A stretch of 64,000 bases of DNA from Auanema rhodensis. Its lineage: Eukaryota > Animalia > Nematoda. A model generated the notes under the pieces. It searched no databases. It saw nothing but the letters and a program-made list of their open reading frames with translations, and had not been told where the DNA came from. Both the position numbers and the translations under genes were made by a program. This document shows, piece by piece, positions 1 through 10,000 of this stretch (position 1 is the stretch's first letter; every line of letters begins with the position of its first letter). The stretch is from assembly GCA_964057225.1 (NCBI GenBank), contig OZ059899.1, positions 18,414,001 to 18,478,000 on the forward strand. Reading direction: 5' to 3'.

Positions 1-66
1 TTCAAGGCAAAGACGATGGACAAAGTTATTCAACGAAAAAATTAATTCTGCAGGGTGAAAATCGAG

Positions 67-88
67 GATATAAGTGTGAACTTATATC
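67..88. other. Per-monomer perfect 9-bp inverted repeat with 4-nt loop (GATATAAGT-gtga-ACTTATATC); first copy given
   Basis: 67-75 is the exact reverse complement of 80-88. The motif recurs every 351 bp with a few variants. Confidence 0.9.
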
Positions 89-98
89 AGTTGATATC

Positions 99-165
99 TC
101 GGTGCATTTTTAAGCTAGCGCAAATCTGATAACACAGATCGACGCAGCTTAAAAATCCGCATCGA
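99..165. other. Per-monomer 67-nt bulged inverted repeat (potential hairpin/cruciform); first copy given
   Basis: ATTTTTAAGCT(106-116)/AGCTTAAAAAT(146-156) is a perfect 11-bp pair. GCG(118-120)/CGC(143-145) and ATCTG(124-128)/CAGAT(135-139) close a 6-nt loop. Outer TCGGTGC(99-105)/GCATCGA(159-165) pairs with one G-T. Confidence 0.88.
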
Positions 166-239
166 ATGCACTATACAACATTGAGAAACGCTTAATACAA
201 AAATTAGTTAAGATCGTTTGAAAAAAAATGCATTAGTGT

Positions 240-267
240 ATGTTGAGTTTCCATGTACACTCAACAT
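240..267. other. Per-monomer perfect 9-bp inverted repeat with 10-nt loop (ATGTTGAGT-ttccatgtac-ACTCAACAT); first copy given
   Basis: 240-248 is the exact reverse complement of 259-267. Confidence 0.9.
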
Positions 268-976
268 TGCTTCCAAACACATTTTGACAAAAATTTTTCC
301 GAAAAATTTCAAAATAATTTTGCAAAAAGTAGATGTTTTTAGATTCCTTTTTTCAAGGCAAAGACGATGGACAATGTTATTCAACGAAAAAATTAATTCT
401 GCAGGGTGAAAATCGAGGATATAAGTGTGAACTTATATCAGTTGATATCTCGGTGCATTTTTAAGGTAGCGCAAATCTGATAACACAGATCGACGCAGCT
501 TAGAAATCCGCATCGAATGCACTATACTACATCGAGAAACGCTTAATACAAAAATTAGTTATGATCGTTTGAAAAAAGATGCATTAGTGTAAGTTGAGTT
601 TCCATGTACACTCAACATTGCTTCCAAAAACATTTTTACAAAAATTTTTCCGAAAAATTTCGAAATAATTTCGCAGGTAGTAGATGTTTTTAAATTCCTT
701 TTTTCAAGGCAAAGACGATGGACATTGTTATTCAACGAAAAAATTAATTCTGCAGGGTGAAAATCGAGGATGTAAGTGTGAACTTATATCAGTTGATATC
801 TCGGTGCATTTTTAAGCTAGCGCAAATCTGATAACACAGATCGACGCAGCTTAAAAATCCGCATCGAATGCACTATACTACATTGAGAAACGCTTAATAC
901 AAAAATTAGTTATGATCGTTTGAAAAATGATGCATTAGTGTATGTTGAGTTTCCATGTACACTCAACATTGCTTCC

Positions 977-1042
977 AAAAACATTTTGACAAAAATTTTT
1001 CCGAAAAATTTCAAAATAATTTTGCAAAAAGTAGATGTTTTT
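977..1042. other. Per-monomer A/T-tract palindrome cluster, the most variable segment of the monomer; representative copy given
   Basis: AAAAACAT(977-984)/ATGTTTTT(1035-1042) encloses TTTTG-A-CAAAA, AAATTTTTC-C-GAAAAATTT, CAAAAT-A-ATTTTG and TTTTGCAAAA. Confidence 0.85.
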
Positions 1043-4000
1043 AGATTCCTTTTTTCAAGGCAAAGACGATGGACAAAGTTATTCAACGAAAAAATTAATT
1101 CTGCAGTGTGAAAATCGAGGATATAAGTGTGAACTTATATCAGTTGATATCTCGGTGCATTTTTAAGCTAGCGCAAATCTGATAACACAGATCGACGCAG
1201 CTTAAAAATCCGCATCGAATGCACTATACAACATTGAGAAACGCTTAATACGAAAATTAGTTAAGATCGTTTGAAAAAAGATGCATTAGTGTATGTTGAG
1301 TTTCCATGTACACTCAACATTGCTTCCAAAAACATTTTGACAAAAATTTTTCCAAAAAATTTCAAAATAATTTCGCAAAAAGTAAATGTTTTTAGATTCC
1401 TTTTTTCAAGGCAAAGACGATGGACATTGTTATTCAACGAAAAAATTAATTCTGCAGGGTGAAAATCGAGGATGTAAGTGTGAACTTATATCAGTTGATA
1501 TCTCGGTGCATTTTTAAGCTAGCGCAAATCTGATAACACAGATCGACGCAGCTTAAAAATCCGCATCGAATGCACTATACTACATTGAGAAACGCTTAAT
1601 ACAAAAGTTAGTTATGATCGTTTGAAAAATGATGCATTAGTGTATGTTGAGTTTCCATGTACACTCAACATTGCTTCCAAAAACATTTTGACAAAAATTT
1701 TTCCGAAAAATTTCAAAATAATTTTGCAAAAAGTAGATGTTTTTAGATTCCTTTTTTCAAGGCAAAGACGATGGACAAAGTTATTCAACGAAAAAATTAA
1801 TTCTGCAGGGTGAAAATCGAGGATATAAGTGTGAACTTATATCAGTTGATATCTCGGTGCATTTTTAAGCTAGCGCAAATCTGATAACACAGATCGACGC
1901 AGCTTAAAAATCCGCATCGAATGCACTATACTACATTGAGAAACGCTTAATACAAAAATTAGTTATGATCGTTTGAAAAATGATGCATTAGTGTATGTTG
2001 AGTTTCCATGTACACTCAACATTGCTTCCAAAAACATTTTGACAAAAATTTTTCCGAAAAATTTCAAAATAATTTTGCAAAAAGTAGATGTTTTTAGATT
2101 CCTTTTTTCAAGGCAAAGACGATGGACAATGTTATTCAACGAAAAAATTAATTCTGCAGGGTGAAAATCGAGGATATAAGTGTGAACTTATATCAGTTGA
2201 TATCTCGGTGCATTTTTAAGCTAGCGCAAATCTGATAACACAGATCGACGCAGCTTAAAAATCCGCATCGAATGCACTATACAACATTGAGAAACGCTTA
2301 ATACAAAAATTAGTTAAGATCGTTTGAAAAAAGATGCATTAGTGTATGTTGAGTTTCCATGTACACTCAACATTGCTTCCAAAAACATTTTGACAAAAAT
2401 TTTTCCGAAAAATTTCGAAATAATTTCGCAGAAAGTAGATGTTTTTAAATTCCTTTTTTCAAGGCAAAGACGATGGACAATGTTATTCAACGAAAAAATT
2501 AATTCTGCAGGGTGAAAATCGAGGATATAAGTGTGAACTTATATTAGTTGATATCTCGGTGCATTTTTAAGCTAGCGCAAATCTGATAACACAGATCGAC
2601 GCAGCTTAAAAATCCGCATCGAATGCACTATACTACATTGAGAAACGCTTAATACAAAAGTTAGTTATGATCGTTTGAAAAATGATGCATTAGTGTATGT
2701 TGAGTTTCCATGTACACTCAACATTGCTTCCAAAAACATTTTGACAAAAATTTTTCCGAAAAATTTCAAAATAATTTTGCAAAAAGTAGATGTTTTTAGA
2801 TTCCTTTTTTCAAGGCAAAGACGATGGACAAAGTTATTCAACGAAAAAATTAATTCTGCAGGGTGAAAATCGAGGATATAAGTGTGAACTTATATCAGTT
2901 GATATCTCGGTGCATTTTTAAGCTAGCGCAAATCTGATAACACAGATCGACGCAGCTTAAAAATCCGCATCGAATGCACTATACAACATTGAGAAACGCT
3001 TAATACAAAAATTAGTTAAGATCGTTTGAAAAAAGATGCATTAGTGTATGTTGAGTTTCCATGTACACTCAACATTGCTTCCAAAAACATTTTTACAAAA
3101 ATTTTTCCGGAAAATTTCGAAACAATTTCGCAAAAAGTAGATGTTTTTAGATTTTTTTTTTCAAGGCAAAGACGATGGACAATGTTATTCAACGAAAAAA
3201 TTAATTCTGCAGGGTGAAAATCGAGGATATAAGTGTGAACTTATATCAGTTGATATCTCGGTGCATTTTTAAGGTAGCGCAAATCTGATAACACAGATCG
3301 ACGCAGCTTAGAAATCCGCATCGAATGCACTATACTACATCGAGAAACGCTTAATACAAAAATTAGTTATGATCGTTTGAAAAAAGATGCATTAGTGTAA
3401 GTTGAGTTTCCATGTACACTCAACATTGCTTCCAAAAACATTTTTACAAAAATTTTTCCGAAAAATTTCGAAATAATTTCGCAGAAAGTAGATGTTTTTA
3501 AATTCCTTTTTTCAAGGCAAAGACGATGGACATTGTTATTCAACGAAAAAATTAATTCTGCAGGGTGAAAATCGAGGATATAAGTGTGAACTTATATTAG
3601 TTGATATCTCGGTGCATTTTTAAGCTAGCGCAAATCTGATAACACAGATCGACGCAGCTTAAAAATCCGCATCGAATGCACTATACTACATTGAGAAACG
3701 CTTAATACAAAAATTAGTTATGATCGTTTGAAAAATGATGCATTAGTGTATGTTGAGTTTCCATGTACACTCAACATTGCTTCCAAAAACATTTTGACAA
3801 AAATTTTTCCGAAAAATTTCAAAATAATTTTGCAAAAAGTAGATGTTTTTAGATTCCTTTTTTCAAGGCAAAGACGATGGACAAAGTTATTCAACGAAAA
3901 AATTAATTCTGCAGTGTGAAAATCGAGGATATAAGTGTGAACTTATATCAGTTGATATCTCGGTGCATTTTTAAGCTAGCGCAAATCTGATAACACAGAT

Positions 4001-7000
4001 CGACGCAGCTTAAAAATCCGCATCGAATGCACTATACAACATTGAGAAACGCTTAATACAAAAATTAGTTAAGATCGTTTGAAAAAAGATGCATTAGTGT
4101 ATGTTGAGTTTCCATGTACACTCAACATTGCTTCCAAAAACATTTTGACAAAAATTTTTCCAAAAAATTTCAAAATAATTTCGCAAAAAGTAAATGTTTT
4201 TAGATTCCGTTTTTCAAGGCAAAAACGATACACAATGTTATTCAACAAAAAAATTAATTCTGCAGAATGAAAATCGAGGATATAAGTGTGAACTTATATC
4301 AGTTGATATCTCGGTGCATTTTTAAGCTAGCGCAAATCTGATAACACAGATCGACGCAGCTTAAAAATCCGCATCGAATGCACTATACAACAGTGAGAAA
4401 CGCTTAATACAAAAATTAGTTATGATCGTTTGAAAAATGATGCATTAGTGTATGTTGAGTTTCCATGTACACTCAACATTGCTTCCAAACACATTTTGAC
4501 AAAAATTTTTCCGAAAAATTTCAAAATAATTTTGCAAAAAGTAGATGTTTTTAGATTCCTTTTTTCAAGGCAAAGACGATGGACAATGTTATTCAACGAA
4601 AAAATTAATTCTGCAGGGTGAAAATCGAGGATATAAGTGTGAACTTATATCAGTTGATATCTCGGTGCATTTTTAAGGTAGCGCAAATCTGATAACACAG
4701 ATCGACGCAGCTTAGAAATCCGCATCGAATGCACTATACTACATCGAGAAACGCTTAATACAAAAATTAGTTATGATCGTTTGAAAAAAGATGCATTAGT
4801 GTAAGTTGAGTTTCCATGTACACTCAACATTGCTTCCAAAAACATTTTTACAAAAATTTTTCCGAAAAATTTCGAAATAATTTCGCAGAAAGTAGATGTT
4901 TTTAAATTCCTTTTTTCAAGGCAAAGACGATGGACATTGTTATTCAACGAAAAAATTAATTCTGCAGGGTGAAAATCGAGGATGTAAGTGTGAACTTATA
5001 TCAGTTGATATCTCGGTGCATTTTTAAGCTAGCGCAAATCTGATAACACAGATCGACGCAGCTTAAAAATCCGCATCGAATGCACTATACTACATTGAGA
5101 AACGCTTAATACAAAAATTAGTTATGATCGTTTGAAAAATGATGCATTAGTGTATGTTGAGTTTCCATGTACACTCAACATTGCTTCCAAAAACATTTTG
5201 ACAAAAATTTTTCCGAAAAATTTCAAAATAATTTTGCAAAAAGTAGATGTTTTTAGATTCCTTTTTTCAAGGCAAAGACGATGGACAAAGTTATTCAACG
5301 AAAAAATTAATTCTGCAGTGTGAAAATCGAGGATATAAGTGTGAACTTATATCAGTTGATATCTCGGTGCATTTTTAAGCTAGCGCAAATCTGATAACAC
5401 AGATCGACGCAGCTTAAAAATCCGCATCGAATGCACTATACAACATTGAGAAACGCTTAATACGAAAATTAGTTATGATCGTTTGAAAAATGATGCATTA
5501 GTGTATGTTGAGTTTCCATGTACACTCAACATTGCTTCCAAAAACATTTTGACAAAAATTTTTCCGAAAAATTTCAAAATAATTTTGCAAAAAGTAGATG
5601 TTTTTAGATTCCTTTTTTCAAGGCAAAGACGATGGACAAAGTTATTCAACGAAAAAATTAATTCTGCAGTGTGAAAATCGAGGATATAAGTGTGAACTTA
5701 TATCAGTTGATATCTCGGTGCATTTTTAAGCTAGCGCAAATCTGATAACACAGATCGACGCAGCTTAAAAATCCGCATCGAATGCACTATACAACATTGA
5801 GAAACGCTTAATACGAAAATTAGTTAAGATCGTTTGAAAAAAGATGCATTAGTGTATGTTGAGTTTCCATGTACACTCAACATTGCTTCCAAAAACATTT
5901 TGACAAAAATTTTTCCGAAAAATTTCAAAATAATTTTGCAAAAAGTAGATGTTTTTAGATTCCTTTTTTCAAGGCAAAGACGATGGACAAAGTTATTCAA
6001 CGAAAAAATTAATTCTGCAGGGTGAAAATCGAGGATATAAGTGTGAACTTATATCAGTTGATATCTCGGTGCATTTTTAAGCTAGCGCAAATCTGATAAC
6101 ACAGATCGACGCAGCTTAAAAATCCGCATCGAATGCACTATACAACATTGAGAAACGCTTAATACAAAAATTAGTTAAGATCGTTTGAAAAAAAATGCAT
6201 TAGTGTATGTTGAGTTTCCATGTACACTCAACATTGCTTCCAAACACATTTTGACAAAAATTTTTCCGAAAAATTTCAAAATAATTTTGCAAAAAGTAGA
6301 TGTTTTTAGATTCCTTTTTTCAAGGCAAAGACGATGGACAATGTTATTCAACGAAAAAATTAATTCTGCAGGGTGAAAATCGAGGATATAAGTGTGAACT
6401 TATATCAGTTGATATCTCGGTGCATTTTTAAGGTAGCGCAAATCTGATAACACAGATCGACGCAGCTTAGAAATCCGCATCGAATGCACTATACTACATC
6501 GAGAAACGCTTAATACAAAAATTAGTTATGATCGTTTGAAAAAAGATGCATTAGTGTAAGTTGAGTTTCCATGTACACTCAACATTGCTTCCAAAAACAT
6601 TTTTACAAAAATTTTTCCGAAAAATTTCGAAATAATTTCGCAGAAAGTAGATGTTTTTAAATTCCTTTTTTCAAGGCAAAGACGATGGACATTGTTATTC
6701 AACGAAAAAATTAATTCTGCAGGGTGAAAATCGAGGATGTAAGTGTGAACTTATATCAGTTGATATCTCGGTGCATTTTTAAGCTAGCGCAAATCTGATA
6801 ACACAGATCGACGCAGCTTAAAAATCCGCATCGAATGCACTATACTACATTGAGAAACGCTTAATACAAAAATTAGTTATGATCGTTTGAAAAATGATGC
6901 ATTAGTGTATGTTGAGTTTCCATGTACACTCAACATTGCTTCCAAAAACATTTTGACAAAAATTTTTCCGAAAAATTTCAAAATAATTTTGCAAAAAGTA

Positions 7001-10000
7001 GATGTTTTTAGATTCCTTTTTTCAAGGCAAAGACGATGGACAAAGTTATTCAACGAAAAAATTAATTCTGCAGTGTGAAAATCGAGGATATAAGTGTGAA
7101 CTTATATCAGTTGATATCTCGGTGCATTTTTAAGCTAGCGCAAATCTGATAACACAGATCGACGCAGCTTAAAAATCCGCATCGAATGCACTATACAACA
7201 TTGAGAAACGCTTAATACGAAAATTAGTTAAGATCGTTTGAAAAAAGATGCATTAGTGTATGTTGAGTTTCCATGTACACTCAACATTGCTTCCAAAAAC
7301 ATTTTGACAAAAATTTTTCCAAAAAATTTCAAAATAATTTCGCAAAAAGTAAATGTTTTTAGATTCCTTTTTTCAAGGCAAAGACGATGGACATTGTTAT
7401 TCAACGAAAAAATTAATTCTGCAGGGTGAAAATCGAGGATGTAAGTGTGAACTTATATCAGTTGATATCTCGGTGCATTTTTAAGCTAGCGCAAATCTGA
7501 TAACACAGATCGACGCAGCTTAAAAATCCGCATCGAATGCACTATACTACATTGAGAAACGCTTAATACAAAAGTTAGTTATGATCGTTTGAAAAATGAT
7601 GCATTAGTGTATGTTGAGTTTCCATGTACACTCAACATTGCTTCCAAAAACATTTTGACAAAAATTTTTCCGAAAAATTTCAAAATAATTTTGCAAAAAG
7701 TAGATGTTTTTAGATTCCTTTTTTCAAGGCAAAGACGATGGACAAAGTTATTCAACGAAAAAATTAATTCTGCAGGGTGAAAATCGAGGATATAAGTGTG
7801 AACTTATATCAGTTGATATCTCGGTGCATTTTTAAGCTAGCGCAAATCTGATAACACAGATCGACGCAGCTTAAAAATCCGCATCGAATGCACTATACTA
7901 CATTGAGAAACGCTTAATACAAAAATTAGTTATGATCGTTTGAAAAATGATGCATTAGTGTATGTTGAGTTTCCATGTACACTCAACATTGCTTCCAAAA
8001 ACATTTTGACAAAAATTTTTCCGAAAAATTTCAAAATAATTTTGCAAAAAGTAGATGTTTTTAGATTCCTTTTTTCAAGGCAAAGACGATGGACAAAGTT
8101 ATTCAACGAAAAAATTAATTCTGCAGTGTGAAAATCGAGGATATAAGTGTGAACTTATATCAGTTGATATCTCGGTGCATTTTTAAGCTAGCGCAAATCT
8201 GATAACACAGATCGACGCAGCTTAAAAATCCGCATCGAATGCACTATACAACATTGAGAAACGCTTAATACAAAAATTAGTTAAGATCGTTTGAAAAAAA
8301 ATGCATTAGTGTATGTTGAGTTTCCATGTACACTCAACATTGCTTCCAAAAACATTTTGACAAAAATTTTTCCAAAAAATTTCAAAATAATTTCGCAAAA
8401 AGTAAATGTTTTTAGATTCCTTTTTTCAAGGCAAAGACGATGGACAATGTTATTCAACGAAAAAATTAATTCTGCAGGGTGAAAATCGAGGATATAAGTG
8501 TGAACTTATATTAGTTGATATCTCGGTGCATTTTTAAGCTAGCGCAAATCTGATAACACAGATCGACGCAGCTTAAAAATCCGCATCGAATGCACTATAC
8601 AACATTGAGAAACGCTTAATACAAAAATTAGTTAAGATCGTTTGAAAAAAGATGCATTAGTGTATGTTGAGTTTCCATGTACACTCAACATTGCTTCCAA
8701 AAACATTTTGACAAAAATTTTTCCAAAAAATTTCAAAATAATTTCGCAAAAAGTAAATGTTTTTAGATTCCTTTTTTCAAGGCAAAGACGATGGACAATG
8801 TTATTCAACGAAAAAATTAATTCTGCAGGGTGAAAATCGAGGATATAAGTGTGAACTTATATCAGTTGATATCTCGGTGCATTTTTAAGGTAGCGCAAAT
8901 CTGATAACACAGATCGACGCAGCTTAGAAATCCGCATCGAATGCACTATACTACATCGAGAAACGCTTAATACAAAAATTAGTTATGATCGTTTGAAAAA
9001 AGATGCATTAGTGTAAGTTGAGTTTCCATGTACACTCAACATTGCTTCCAAAAACATTTTTACAAAAATTTTTCCGAAAAATTTCGAAATAATTTCGCAG
9101 AAAGTAGATGTTTTTAAATTCCTTTTTTCAAGGCAAAGACGATGGACATTGTTATTCAACGAAAAAATTAATTCTGCAGGGTGAAAATCGAGGATGTAAG
9201 TGTGAACTTATATCAGTTGATATCTCGGTGCATTTTTAAGCTAGCGCAAATCTGATAACACAGATCGACGCAGCTTAAAAATCCGCATCGAATGCACTAT
9301 ACTACATTGAGAAACGCTTAATACAAAAATTAGTTATGATCGTTTGAAAAATGATGCATTAGTGTATGTTGAGTTTCCATGTACACTCAACATTGCTTCC
9401 AAAAACATTTTGACAAAAATTTTTCCGAAAAATTTCAAAATAATTTTGCAAAAAGTAGATGTTTTTAGATTCCTTTTTTCAAGGCAAAGACGATGGACAA
9501 AGTTATTCAACGAAAAAATTAATTCTGCAGTGTGAAAATCGAGGATATAAGTGTGAACTTATATCAGTTGATATCTCGGTGCATTTTTAAGCTAGCGCAA
9601 ATCTGATAACACAGATCGACGCAGCTTAAAAATCCGCATCGAATGCACTATACAACATTGAGAAACGCTTAATACAAAAATTAGTTAAGATCGTTTGAAA
9701 AAAGATGCATTAGTGTATGTTGAGTTTCCATGTACACTCAACATTGCTTCCAAAAACATTTTTACAAAAATTTTTCCGGAAAATTTCGAAACAATTTCGC
9801 AAAAAGTAGATGTTTTTAGATTCCTTTTTTTAAGGCAAAGACGATGGACAATGTTATTCAACGAAAAAATTAATTCTGCAGGGTGAAAATCGAGGATATA
9901 AGTGTGAACTTATATCAGTTGATATCTCGGTGCATTTTTAAGCTAGCGCAAATCTGATAACACAGATCGACGCAGCTTAAAAATCCGCATCGAATGCACT

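Noticed and set aside
60-190. Hammerhead ribozyme as in newt, schistosome or cave-cricket satellites
   Set aside because: The closest cores are CTGATAA (+, 126-132) and CTGATAT (-), not CUGANGA. I could not place a GAAA after a stem II or build the three-way junction. An Infernal search would be needed to exclude other ribozyme classes.
373-389. CENP-B-box-like motif on the - strand (TTTCGTTGAATAACATT)
   Set aside because: It matches only the TTCG....A half of the NTTCGNNNNANNCGGGN core; the CGGG half is absent.
457-507. Linked variants taagGtag and ttaGaaat as compensatory changes in the 11-bp stem
   Set aside because: They hit non-partner positions (one G-G mismatch, one G-T). They are a linked haplotype rather than covariation, and count against strict conservation of this stem.
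218-568. Monomer as an ancient dimer of ~175-bp halves
   Set aside because: Only a short, weak resemblance exists (tgaaaa..ga.g....agtgt at 219 and 407, offset 188) and it does not extend, so it cannot be supported by eye.
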